Assembly (NCBI GenBank): GCA_904502145.1
Contig: CAJGDH010000001.1
Span: forward strand, 1-44,287
Direction: 5' to 3'
Source: an uncultured Eubacterium sp.
GTDB lineage: Bacteria > Bacillota > Clostridia > Lachnospirales > Lachnospiraceae
DNA length: 44,287 nt
In this document: piece after piece, positions 17,578 through 27,153 of the stretch
Layout: each line of letters begins with the position of its first letter
How positions within the stretch are numbered: position 1 is the first letter of the stretch
Made by a program: the position numbers and the translations under genes
The notes under the pieces: model-generated
Database searches by the model: none
Told to the model about the DNA's origin: nothing
The model's input: only the letters and a program-made list of their open reading frames with translations

Positions 17578-18345
17578 ATGGAAACCAGAGAAGTATTGGA
17601 GAAGGTGAAAAAAGGAGAGATATCCGTCAGAGAAGCAGAGATGTTTTTCCGGCAGCAGCCTTTTGAGGAAGTGGGCAGTTTTGCCAAACTTGACACGCAC
17701 AGAGAGATCCGGTCCGGTTTTCCGGAAGTGATCTTCTGCCAGGGAAAGACGGATGACCACCTGACTGAGATCTACAGGAGAGTCTATGCCGGTCGTGGGG
17801 AAGTATTCGGTACAAGGGCTTCTGAAGACCAGTACCGGCTGATCAGGGAGATCATCCCGGAGATTGAATACGACCACATTTCCAGAGTGTTGAAATATGA
17901 GAAGCCGGGCAAAGAGAGAAGAGGGAAGGTTGCTGTCCTCACCGCAGGTACGGCAGATGTTCAGGTTGCTGAGGAAGCTGCATGTACGGCTGAATATTTC
18001 GGATCATATGTGGAGAGGGTCTACGATGTGGGGGTCAGCGGGATACACCGTCTGCTGCACAATCTTGAACCGATCCAGACAGCCAACTGTGTCGTGGCAG
18101 TTGCCGGTATGGAAGGAGCTCTGGCCAGTGTCATCGGCGGCCTGGTGGATAAACCCATCATCGCTGTTCCCACTTCTGTCGGTTACGGTGCAAGTTTTCA
18201 CGGTCTGTCGGCTTTGCTGACCATGATCAATTCCTGTGCCAACGGTGTGGCGGTGGTCAATATCGATAACGGCTACGGGGCCGGGTATATCGCCACGCAG
18301 ATCAATCGTATGGGTGTTTCAGCCGGTCATGATCCGTCAAGATAA
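17578..18345 (+). CDS. larB: Nickel-pincer cofactor biosynthesis protein LarB (PurE-like)
   Basis: AKLDTHREIRSGFPEVIFCQGK, DVGVSGIHRL, AGMEGALASV, PTSVGYG, NSCANGVAVVNIDNGYGA. Start at ATG 17578 after GGAGGTG. Confidence 0.92.
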   Translation: METREVLEKVKKGEISVREAEMFFRQQPFEEVGSFAKLDTHREIRSGFPEVIFCQGKTDDHLTEIYRRVYAGRGEVFGTRASEDQYRLIREIIPEIEYDHISRVLKYEKPGKERRGKVAVLTAGTADVQVAEEAACTAEYFGSYVERVYDVGVSGIHRLLHNLEPIQTANCVVAVAGMEGALASVIGGLVDKPIIAVPTSVGYGASFHGLSALLTMINSCANGVAVVNIDNGYGAGYIATQINRMGVSAGHDPSR

Positions 18346-18548
18346 CCTGTCATATCAAGTACTTACTTTATTCTTAAAGTTCATATATTTCCTATAGATT
18401 TTTGCCGGAATTGTGGTAGAATAGGATTTGGCGTCTGCAGTCAGAGTAGACTAACAGCTGATCCGGATCTTTTTTGATCGGCATCTGAACCCTATATCAA
18501 CCGGTTTATTACAAACCCGATTTTATAAATTACAGGAAGTGTGAAATT

Positions 18549-19496
18549 ATGTCAATGAACCCGCAAGATAGAGATCATCTCTTGTTTTTTCTTTTTTTCT
18601 GCTTCAGTTTTATGTTGTTCGGGATTGGCATCAATTACGGAAATGCCCATCCTTATACTTATGTGGAAGCTAAGACCGAAGCATCTCCGCCCCCAACGAC
18701 AGAAGCGACCACGGAGGCAGCTCCTCCCGCCACAGAGGCAGCAACTGAGGCGGAGCGTCCTTTCGTTGTTGTGATCGATGCCGGACACGGCGGAGTAGAT
18801 ACCGGTTCGTTTTTCAAACCGGAAGAAGGCAAGATCAACGAGAAGACCGTCAATTTCAAGATTGCGAAATACTTTAAAAGGGCTCTGGAGAAATATGACA
18901 ACGTTACTGTGCTCATGACCAGGACCACGGACAAGTATCTCGAACTGGTCGAGAGGACTGATTTTGCCATCAATCATGACGCTGACGTTTTTGTGAGCGT
19001 GCACAACAATACCCTGGTGGGGGCCGGCGGACCGGCTTCCGGCAGTTCGGTCGCTGTTTCCATGGGCAATTACAAGGAAGAGATCGGGAAGAAAAGCCAG
19101 GAGCTGGGAGTGTGTATCTCCTATGAGCTGAAAAAGCTGGGGCTTAAGGAAAACGGCCTGATCATGCGGTCCTCCGAGTCCTATACCTACCCCAACGGAA
19201 GAGCCGCCGACTATTATGCCACCATACGTAATGTCATGGAAGACGAGATCGTTTCTGTCATCGTAGAGCATGCTTTTATCGACAATGAAGATGATTTCTA
19301 TGATTTCCTGTGTACTAAGGAGCAGCTGAAAAAGATCGGGGAGGCTGATGCAAGAGCCGTCGCCCGCTACCTGCAGCTTCCTTTAAAAGAAACAGGAAAA
19401 GTCCCGGAAGCTCTGTCCAATTACAAGATCAAAATCTGCCATACCAAGAAGAACGGAACATCCAAGAGATATTCCAAACGGTATTTCAAGAATTAA
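18549..19496 (+). CDS. Membrane-anchored N-acetylmuramoyl-L-alanine amidase (Amidase_3)
   Basis: N-terminal hydrophobic anchor, P/T/E/A linker, Zn/catalytic motifs IDAGHGG, INEK, FVSVHNN and IVEHAFIDN. Confidence 0.9.
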   Translation: MSMNPQDRDHLLFFLFFCFSFMLFGIGINYGNAHPYTYVEAKTEASPPPTTEATTEAAPPATEAATEAERPFVVVIDAGHGGVDTGSFFKPEEGKINEKTVNFKIAKYFKRALEKYDNVTVLMTRTTDKYLELVERTDFAINHDADVFVSVHNNTLVGAGGPASGSSVAVSMGNYKEEIGKKSQELGVCISYELKKLGLKENGLIMRSSESYTYPNGRAADYYATIRNVMEDEIVSVIVEHAFIDNEDDFYDFLCTKEQLKKIGEADARAVARYLQLPLKETGKVPEALSNYKIKICHTKKNGTSKRYSKRYFKN

Positions 19497-19515
19497 GACA
19501 CGGAGGGTTAGATTC

Positions 19516-20526
19516 ATGAAAAAAAGATGGTTGTCCGTCGCTATACTACTGGCCTTTTCCCTGATGCTGATGTCCTGCGGTAAAGCTTCTTCCCAGGCTG
19601 AACCTGACAAAGGCACCGAGTCACCTGCGGAAGCAGTTACCACTGTAGAAACTTCAGAGACTGAGGAGGCTACCCAGGCCTCCGAGGTAACGACCGGTTC
19701 TGAGGAAGACACACAGGCTCCGGAAGAAGCAACTACGGAAGCCCCACAGGATCCTGCTTCATCCTCTTCCGAAAAAATGGATGTGACCAATGTGGATTTC
19801 GACGCTTTGTCCAAGATCTCCAACAAGTCCGAAGAATACGGTTTTTCCAACAAATGGAGAGATGAGCTCAACCGGCCGGACGGGCTGGAGTACTACGATG
19901 CGCTCTACGGTGAATATTCCGCTTACAATCATATCGACACGGAAGAGAAGATCATCTATCTGACCATGGATGAAGGCTATGAGAACGGCTACACCCCGAC
20001 CATCCTCGACACTTTGAAGGAGAAGGGTGTTCAGGTTGTCTTCTTTGTCACTGAACAATTCTATGATGAACATCCCGAACTGATCCAGAGAATGATCGAT
20101 GAAGGACATATCATCGGTAACCATACCTGTTCTCACCCGGCCTCCGGCATGCCCTCCCTGGGACTCAAGGCCGAGTACGAGGATATCAAGAAGCTCAATG
20201 ACGAGATCTACGATACCTTCGGCTACCAGATGAAGCTGTTCCGTTTCCCCCAGGGGAATGCCAGCAAACAGTCCTGTGCACTGCTCCAGCAGATGGGCTA
20301 TTCCTCCATCTTCTGGTCCTTTGCCTACTATGATTATGAGCCGGACGATCAGATGGATCCGAAGGAAGCTCTGGACAAATGTCTGGAATACATCCATCCG
20401 GGCGCGATCTATCTCCTCCATGCCATCTCCGGTACCAACACCGAGATCCTGGGAGATTTCATCGACGGTGCCAGGGAAGCCGGATATGAGTTCGGAAACT
20501 TCCCCGTGGATGAGTTGGGAAAATAA
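19516..20526 (+). CDS. Lipoprotein polysaccharide deacetylase (CE4, PdaA-like)
   Basis: Lipobox LMS-C, T/E/A linker, IYLTMDEGYENGYT, GNHTCSHP, LFRFPQG, FWSFAYYD and HPGAIYLLHA. Confidence 0.88.
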   Translation: MKKRWLSVAILLAFSLMLMSCGKASSQAEPDKGTESPAEAVTTVETSETEEATQASEVTTGSEEDTQAPEEATTEAPQDPASSSSEKMDVTNVDFDALSKISNKSEEYGFSNKWRDELNRPDGLEYYDALYGEYSAYNHIDTEEKIIYLTMDEGYENGYTPTILDTLKEKGVQVVFFVTEQFYDEHPELIQRMIDEGHIIGNHTCSHPASGMPSLGLKAEYEDIKKLNDEIYDTFGYQMKLFRFPQGNASKQSCALLQQMGYSSIFWSFAYYDYEPDDQMDPKEALDKCLEYIHPGAIYLLHAISGTNTEILGDFIDGAREAGYEFGNFPVDELGK

Positions 20527-20545
20527 TACAAAACCATGAAGAATA

Positions 20546-20601
20546 ACTCCGGGACCTGTGACAGGAAAAGGCAACTGTTCCACAGATCCCGGAGTGTTTT
20601 T
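20546..20601 (+). terminator. Intrinsic terminator
   Basis: ACTCCGGGACCTGTG...CACAGATCCCGGAGT followed by GTTTTT. Confidence 0.75.
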
Positions 20602-20604
20602 ATG

Positions 20605-20634
20605 TTGAAAACGGAATCGAAAATATGCTATAAT
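20605..20634 (+). promoter_or_regulatory. Sigma-A promoter of the plsX operon
   Basis: TTGAAA-18 nt-TATAAT with a TGC extension. Confidence 0.7.
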
Positions 20635-20781
20635 TTAATATCGTGCCACCGTAAGACCATGATTCTCTTCTTGGTGCTCCCTTAAATTATCCCGGCTGCG
20701 GATACTTTAAGCGAACATCAAAAACAGAGGATCCTGTTATCAAGAGAAAGACTTTATAAGTCCTGATAAGGAGGAAAACTG

Positions 20782-21810
20782 ATGAAAAAGAAAACTGTCG
20801 TTGCCCTTGATGCCATGGGTGGGGATAATGCACCCCTGGAAATCGTAAAAGGTGCCGTTGAAGCGGTAAATGAGCGTGATGACATTATCGTTCATCTCTT
20901 CGGAGATGAAGAACAGGTAAGAAATGAACTGAAAAAATATACCTATCCCAGAGACCAGATCCGTCTGACCCATACCGGCGAAGTGATCTCCGTGGAGGAA
21001 TCCCCTGCCGTTGCCATCAAGAAGAAGAAAGATTCTTCCATGGTTGCAGGAATACTTTCCGTAAAAAACGGAGATTGTGATGCCTTCATCTCCGGAGGCA
21101 GCTCAGGAGCGGTCCTCGTGGGCGGCCAGGTTCTGGTGGGAAAAGAAAAAGGGATCAAACGGGCACCCCTTGCCCCCATCATACCCAACGAGAAGGGGGT
21201 ATCCCTTCTGATCGACTGCGGAGCCAACGTGGACGCAAAACCTGAACACCTGGTTCAGTTTGCCCAGATGGGATCCATTTATATGAAGAATATCATCGGA
21301 GTGGAGAATCCGAGAGTGGGCATTGTGAATATCGGTGCCGAGGAAACAAAAGGAAATGCACTGGTAAAAGAGACTTTCCCCCTCCTCAAGGCCTGTCCCG
21401 GGATCAATTTTATCGGCAGCGTGGAGGCAAGGGACATCACTAAGGGAATAGCTGATGTTATCGTTACGGAAGCTTTTGTGGGAAATGTCGTCCTCAAGAT
21501 GATGGAAGGTGTCGCTTCCACCCTGATCTCCCTGATCAAGGAGGGGATGATGTCAAGCACCAGGAGCAAGATCGGTGCACTGCTGGTAAAACCGGCCCTG
21601 AAAGACACATTGAAGCTCTTTGACGCTACAGAATACGGCGGAGCACCTCTGCTGGGCCTTAAGGGACTGGTGGTGAAGATCCACGGGAACGCCACTTCCA
21701 AAGAAACCAAACATGCGATCTTCCAGTGTGTCACCTTCAAAGAACAGAAAGTCAATGAAAAGATCCGCGAGCACCTTGGTATCCCCGCAGCACCTGCCGC
21801 AGGCGAATGA
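20782..21810 (+). CDS. plsX: Phosphate acyltransferase PlsX
   Basis: VALDAMGGDNAP, KKDSSM, DCGANVD, NIGAEETKG, GGAPLLGL and KIHG. Confidence 0.97.
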   Translation: MKKKTVVALDAMGGDNAPLEIVKGAVEAVNERDDIIVHLFGDEEQVRNELKKYTYPRDQIRLTHTGEVISVEESPAVAIKKKKDSSMVAGILSVKNGDCDAFISGGSSGAVLVGGQVLVGKEKGIKRAPLAPIIPNEKGVSLLIDCGANVDAKPEHLVQFAQMGSIYMKNIIGVENPRVGIVNIGAEETKGNALVKETFPLLKACPGINFIGSVEARDITKGIADVIVTEAFVGNVVLKMMEGVASTLISLIKEGMMSSTRSKIGALLVKPALKDTLKLFDATEYGGAPLLGLKGLVVKIHGNATSKETKHAIFQCVTFKEQKVNEKIREHLGIPAAPAAGE

Positions 21811-21824
21811 CAGGGGGCGTGAAA

Positions 21825-22514
21825 ATGAAACCTATACAATTACACGGTCTTGAGGAAAACATTTCCTATTCCTTTCAGGATAAGGATCTTCTCCTTCTTG
21901 CCATGACCCACAGTTCCTTCGCCAACGAGTCCAAAGGAAAACAGAGAAAAAGCAATGAGCGACTGGAGTTTCTCGGGGATGCCGTCCTTGAGATCACTGT
22001 ATCGGACCACCTTTTTTCCAACTATCCGGACTATGATGAAGGAAAGATGACCAAGACCAGATCAAGTATGGTCTGCGAATTCACCCTGGCCTCCTGTGCA
22101 AGAGATATCCGTCTGGGCGATTTCCTTTTCCTCAGCCACGGGGAGGAGATCACCGGAGGAAGGGAGAGGGATTCCATCCTTTCCGATGCCTTTGAAGCCC
22201 TCATCGGGGCCATCTATGTTGACGGAGGGATGGAGGAGGCTTCCCGTTTTATCCATAACTATCTGCTTAAGGATATCGGGGACAGGACCCTCTTTTATGA
22301 TGCGAAAAGCATACTTCAGGAGATGGTACAGGCCTCTGACCTTGGCAGTCTGAGATATCGCCTGATCGGGGAATCCGGTCCGGACCATGACAAGGAATTT
22401 GCCGTGGAGACCCTGATCGGGGACAAAGTCTACGCCCAGGGAAAGGGAAGAACCAAGAAAAGTGCCGAGCAGATGGCTGCCTACCAGACCATTCTGCTTT
22501 TGAAGAATCAGTAG
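21825..22514 (+). CDS. rnc: Ribonuclease III
   Basis: NERLEFLGDAVL signature, DAFEALIGAIY, C-terminal dsRBD. Start placed at ATG 21825. Confidence 0.97.
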   Translation: MKPIQLHGLEENISYSFQDKDLLLLAMTHSSFANESKGKQRKSNERLEFLGDAVLEITVSDHLFSNYPDYDEGKMTKTRSSMVCEFTLASCARDIRLGDFLFLSHGEEITGGRERDSILSDAFEALIGAIYVDGGMEEASRFIHNYLLKDIGDRTLFYDAKSILQEMVQASDLGSLRYRLIGESGPDHDKEFAVETLIGDKVYAQGKGRTKKSAEQMAAYQTILLLKNQ

Positions 22515-22521
22515 GAGAACC

Positions 22522-25500
22522 ATGTATTTAAAAAGTATTGAGATCAACGGATTTAAATCCTTCGCCAATAAGATCGTATTTGAATTTCCCCACAGTATAA
22601 CCGGTATCGTGGGCCCAAACGGGAGCGGCAAGAGCAATATCGGTGATGCGGTCAGATGGGTCCTTGGTGAACAAAGTGCCAAACAGCTTCGTGGTTCCAG
22701 GATGGAGGACGTCATCTTCTCCGGCACGGAGAGCAGAAAGCCTCTTGGCTTTGCCTACGTAGCCATCACCTTTGAGAACAGTGACCGGAAGATCCCTCTT
22801 GACTATGATGAGATCAAGGTGGCCAGAAGAGTCTACAGGTCCGGGGAAAGCGAATATCTCATCAACGGGTCCATCTGCCGGAGAAGGCAGATCGTGGAAC
22901 TGTTCTATGATACCGGTATAGGCAAGGAAGGTTATTCCATCATCGGACAAGGCCAGGTGGAGAAGATTCTCAGCGGAAGGCTTGAGGACAGCAGGGAACT
23001 GTTTGATGAAGCCGCGGGAATCGCCAAGTACAAAAAAGATAAAAATGTCACCGAAAAAACCCTGGAAAAATCCAGGGATGATCTGGCCAGAGTGACGGAT
23101 ATACTGAACGTCCTGGAAGCCCAGGTCGGTCCCCTGGAAGAGCAGAGCAAAAAAGCCAGGCAGTTTCTGAAGCTCAGGGACCAGGAGAAGGATATCGATA
23201 TCCGCCTGTTTCTCCATGACTATGCTGCCGCGGAAAAAACCAGGCAGGAGAGCGGTGACAGGATCACTGTGGTCAAAGAGGACCTTGAGACCACAAAGAC
23301 AGATTATCAGAAGACGAAAGAAAAGAATGCCGCTATCCTGGAGAAAGCGGAAGGATATACCAAACAGGCTGATGAGCTGGAACAAAGCCTGAACGGCCTG
23401 AGGGAAGAGCACAATGTCCTGGACCGTTCCATGGTGGAACTCCAGCATGAGATTGATAAGAATCACCTGCTGGAGGATCAGTATATCTCCGGAATCCAGC
23501 AGGCGGAAAATGACATAGAAGGAAGGCAGGCTGAACTGGCGCTCCAGGAAAAACAGATCGAGGAGGACCGGGAGGTTCTGCTTGATTGTGACAATGCACT
23601 TTCCCTTTTGGAAGTCGACCGCCAGAATGTCTCCGATCAGCTGGAAGAGCTTGAGGCGGCAAGGTCCCAGGAACAGGAACAGATGCTTTCCCTTCTCAGT
23701 GATACCTCTGATCTTAAGGAGAAGATAACAAGGGTCGAGACCCTGGAAGAGCAGCTCAATCTCCGTAATGCGGAATACAACAGCCGTTATCTGCTTCTCC
23801 GTTCCGAGATCGCGGAATACCATACCGGGGCGGAAGCCTTAAGCACCGAACGGGAATCCCTGGAGAAAGAGCGCAGATCCCTGGAGACCGTTTACAATGA
23901 GATGGACAAAAAGGCCCGGTCATGCCGGGATTCCATCGCTAATCTCCAGCAGAAAGCAGATCTGCACCACCAGGCCTTCCTTCGGAACAGGTCCCAGTAT
24001 GAGACCCTTTCCAACCTGTCGGAGCGGTATGAGGGATACAACAGACCCATCAAATATGTGATGGAACAGAAGAAGGATCATCCGGACATCATCGGCGTAG
24101 TGGCAGATATCCTCACCATGGATAAAGCCTATGAGACCGCCATCGAGATCGCCCTGGGTTCCTCTCTGCAGAATATCGTAACGGAACAGGAGGATGTGGC
24201 CAAGGAGATGATCTCCATCCTCAAGAAAAACCGCATGGGCAGAGCCACTTTTCTTCCTCTTACCAGCATCCGCAGACGGAATATCGCCATCAATCCCTCC
24301 ATCCTTGAGGAAGAAGGGGTAGTGGGGATCGCCGCAGATCTGGTCATGGCCGAAGACCGTTTCCGGAACCTTGTCACCTCGCTTCTGGGCAGGACCATCG
24401 TATGTAAAAACGTGGATCATGCCCTCTATCTGGCGAAAAAATATAATTTCTCCCTCCGTATCGTGACACTGGACGGTGAGCTTTTGAATCCGGGCGGTTC
24501 CATAACGGGAGGAGCCTATAAAAACAACAGCAATCTTCTGGGAAGAAGCCGGGAGATCGAGGAATACAAAGAGGCCATGGTCCTTGCCGAAAAGGCCTAT
24601 GAACAGGCCAGGACTGACCTTAAGAAGGCCAGGGAGGAAGAAGGCAGGATCTCTTCCGAAACCGTCAAGACGAGGAAAAAACTGGATGCACTTATCTTCA
24701 GGCTGAATCAGCAGGATCAGCAGATCCCCCAGATGCAGGAGAAGGAAGAAGAACTGCAGAAGCGCCTGGAAGAACTGAAGCAGGAGCACCGGATGATCAA
24801 GGAGCAGATTGCCGAGATCAAAGTGCAGAAGCGGGCTTTAAGCAAGTCACAGGAGCATCAGGAGATCAACTCCGAGGAAAACCAGGATGTCATGGTGGAT
24901 CTTGACCAGCAGATCCAGGAACTTTCCGCCGAGTCGGAACGGCTCCAGGAAGAGTACAACGAGCTTGTATTAAAACAGGGGCAGACCAGACAGAAGATCG
25001 AATTTGCCCAGATGACCATCACCAGACTGAATGAAGAGATCAGTTCTTTCCGTGAGACCATCCGTGAGATCAGACAGGATCAGAACAGTCTTCTTCTGGC
25101 CAACCGCCGTCATGAAGCCGGTCTGAAGGAAAAACAGATCAGACTCCGTGAGATGGAGGAGAAGATCGCCGGTCTTGAGCAGTCAGCGGAGGTGATCAGG
25201 GAAGCCAGGAGAGGAATCACCGAAGAACTGAATACCAGCTATAAAGAACTGGAAGAAGCAGGGGAACGTCTACGCCTGCTGGAAAGAGAAGAAAACAGAC
25301 TGGAAAGCACATACGAAAAGGCATCTGCAGAGCTGGAGAGCCTGACGGATTATATGTGGGATACCTATGAGATTACCTATCCTTACGTAAAAAGTCTGGG
25401 TATGGAGGATGGTACGGTCGCTGATCTTCGCAGGTGGAGAAAAGAGAAGAAGACTCTGCGCCAGGAGATCAAAGCCCTGGGCAATGTCAACGTCCATGCC

Positions 25501-26085
25501 ATCGAAGAGTATAAGGAGGTCGGAGAAAGATACTCCTTCCTCAAGGAACAGTATGATGACATCAAGGAGACGGAAGAAAAGCTCCTCGACCTGATCGACC
25601 AGTTCAACACCAAGATGAAAGCGCAGTTTGATGAGAAGTTCAGGGAGATCCGGGAAATGTTCAGGGAGGTTTTCCAGAAGCTCTTCCAGGGCGGTACGGC
25701 ATCCCTTGAACTGGTGGATGAAAGCAATATCCTTGAAAGCGGGATCAGGATCATCGCCCAGCCTCCGGGCAAAAAGCTGCAGAATATCATGCTGCTTTCC
25801 GGCGGTGAGCGGGCACTTACGGCTATCGCGCTTCTCTTTGCCATACAGAATCTCAAACCATCCCCCTTCTGTCTGCTGGATGAGATCGAGGCTGCCCTGG
25901 ATGACACCAACATCATCCGGTTTTCCAAGTATCTCCGGACACTATCGAAAGATACGCAGTTCATCGTCATCACCCACCGCCGCGGAACCATGAGTGCAGC
26001 GGACGTGCTTTACGGGATCACCATGCAGGAGAAAGGGATCTCCACCCTGATTTCCGTGGATATGATCGACAAAGGGCTGGATTAA
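22522..26085 (+). CDS. smc: Chromosome segregation protein SMC
   Basis: GPNGSGKSN, coiled coils, hinge GRATFLPL..GGSITGG, LSGGE and LLDEIEAALD. Confidence 0.97.
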   Translation: MYLKSIEINGFKSFANKIVFEFPHSITGIVGPNGSGKSNIGDAVRWVLGEQSAKQLRGSRMEDVIFSGTESRKPLGFAYVAITFENSDRKIPLDYDEIKVARRVYRSGESEYLINGSICRRRQIVELFYDTGIGKEGYSIIGQGQVEKILSGRLEDSRELFDEAAGIAKYKKDKNVTEKTLEKSRDDLARVTDILNVLEAQVGPLEEQSKKARQFLKLRDQEKDIDIRLFLHDYAAAEKTRQESGDRITVVKEDLETTKTDYQKTKEKNAAILEKAEGYTKQADELEQSLNGLREEHNVLDRSMVELQHEIDKNHLLEDQYISGIQQAENDIEGRQAELALQEKQIEEDREVLLDCDNALSLLEVDRQNVSDQLEELEAARSQEQEQMLSLLSDTSDLKEKITRVETLEEQLNLRNAEYNSRYLLLRSEIAEYHTGAEALSTERESLEKERRSLETVYNEMDKKARSCRDSIANLQQKADLHHQAFLRNRSQYETLSNLSERYEGYNRPIKYVMEQKKDHPDIIGVVADILTMDKAYETAIEIALGSSLQNIVTEQEDVAKEMISILKKNRMGRATFLPLTSIRRRNIAINPSILEEEGVVGIAADLVMAEDRFRNLVTSLLGRTIVCKNVDHALYLAKKYNFSLRIVTLDGELLNPGGSITGGAYKNNSNLLGRSREIEEYKEAMVLAEKAYEQARTDLKKAREEEGRISSETVKTRKKLDALIFRLNQQDQQIPQMQEKEEELQKRLEELKQEHRMIKEQIAEIKVQKRALSKSQEHQEINSEENQDVMVDLDQQIQELSAESERLQEEYNELVLKQGQTRQKIEFAQMTITRLNEEISSFRETIREIRQDQNSLLLANRRHEAGLKEKQIRLREMEEKIAGLEQSAEVIREARRGITEELNTSYKELEEAGERLRLLEREENRLESTYEKASAELESLTDYMWDTYEITYPYVKSLGMEDGTVADLRRWRKEKKTLRQEIKALGNVNVHAIEEYKEVGERYSFLKEQYDDIKETEEKLLDLIDQFNTKMKAQFDEKFREIREMFREVFQKLFQGGTASLELVDESNILESGIRIIAQPPGKKLQNIMLLSGGERALTAIALLFAIQNLKPSPFCLLDEIEAALDDTNIIRFSKYLRTLSKDTQFIVITHRRGTMSAADVLYGITMQEKGISTLISVDMIDKGLD

Positions 26086-26121
26086 ACAATTTCAGGAGAA
26101 TGAATATAAGGACAGAACAAT

Positions 26122-27153
26122 ATGAGTGAAAAGAAAGGTTTTTTCAGCCGGCTGCTCAGCGGGCTTGCCAAAACAAGAAAAAGTATTATCAGAGGTCTTG
26201 ACTCTCTCTTTAACGGTTTCTCCAAAATCGACGAGGATTTCTATGAAGAACTGGAAGAGATTCTGATCATGGGAGACCTCGGTGTGGATACCACCATGAA
26301 GATCATCGATGATCTTCGTGACCAGGTGGATGAACAGAACATCAAAGAACCTGCCCAGTGCAGGGATCTTCTGATCAACATCATCAAGGAACAGATGCAT
26401 GTTGACGAAACGGCCTATGAATATGAGGATAAAACCTCCGTCGTTCTGATCATCGGAGTAAACGGCGTGGGCAAGACCACCACCATCGGAAAGCTTGCTT
26501 CCCAGCTGAAAGCGAAGAACAAGAAGGTCATCATGGCTGCCGCGGACACTTTCCGTGCCGCCGCCATCGAACAGCTTACGGAATGGGCAAACCGGGCCGG
26601 TGTGGATATCATCGCCCAGCAGGAAGGTTCCGATCCGGCAGCTGTGGTCTACGATGCCTGCCAGGCGGCAAAATCCAGGAAGGCGGATGTGCTCCTGGTA
26701 GACACCGCAGGAAGACTTCACAACAAAAAGAATCTGATGAACGAATTATCCAAGATCCGGAGGGTCATCGAGCGGGAATACCCCGAGGCATATCTGGAGA
26801 CCCTGATCGTTCTTGACGGTACCACCGGGCAGAATGCCCTGATGCAGGCCAGACAGTTTAAGGAAGTAACGGATATCTCCGGCATCGTCCTGACAAAGCT
26901 TGACGGCACGGCAAAAGGCGGCATCGCCATCGCCATCCAGGCAGAGATGAACATACCGGTCAAATATATCGGGATCGGTGAGACCATAGATGATCTGCAG
27001 AAGTTTGATTCCGACGCTTTTGTCAATGCCCTGTTTGAACGGGAGGAAATCCCGGAGGAAGAAGAGGGGCAGACGGAAGAAGCAGCCGAGGAAGGGTCAA
27101 CGGAAGCAGAGGAGCAGAAAGGAAATCCTGATGATGGAACAACTGAATCTTGA
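26122..27153 (+). CDS. ftsY: SRP receptor FtsY
   Basis: [22 protein letters not shown] and [10 protein letters not shown]. Confidence 0.97.
   Translation: MSEKKGFFSRLLSGLAKTRKSIIRGLDSLFNGFSKIDEDFYEELEEILIMGDLGVDTTMKIIDDLRDQVDEQNIKEPAQCRDLLINIIKEQMHVDETAYEYEDKTSVVLIIGVNGVGKTTTIGKLASQLKAKNKKVIMAAADTFRAAAIEQLTEWANRAGVDIIAQQEGSDPAAVVYDACQAAKSRKADVLLVDTAGRLHNKKNLMNELSKIRRVIEREYPEAYLETLIVLDGTTGQNALMQARQFKEVTDISGIVLTKLDGTAKGGIAIAIQAEMNIPVKYIGIGETIDDLQKFDSDAFVNALFEREEIPEEEEGQTEEAAEEGSTEAEEQKGNPDDGTTES

Noticed and set aside
18440..18500. Possible c-di-AMP (ydaO) riboswitch before the amidase
   Set aside because: Only a GCTGA.CC-like fragment is present. The GGAACC and paired-repeat elements are missing.
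18680..18760. Repeated ACGGAGGCA/ACAGAGGCA units, possibly a repeat array
   Set aside because: They encode the TEA-rich low-complexity protein linker. There is no spacer structure and no cas genes.
22528..23823. 431-aa antisense ORF over smc, and similar ORFs at 23920-24789, 27023-28447 and 19759-20583
   Set aside because: Antisense shadows of conserved genes with no family motifs.
26990..27130. Basic N-terminal extension of IlvA
   Set aside because: It is the alternate-frame reading of the ftsY tail. The RBS supports a start at 27131 or 27134.
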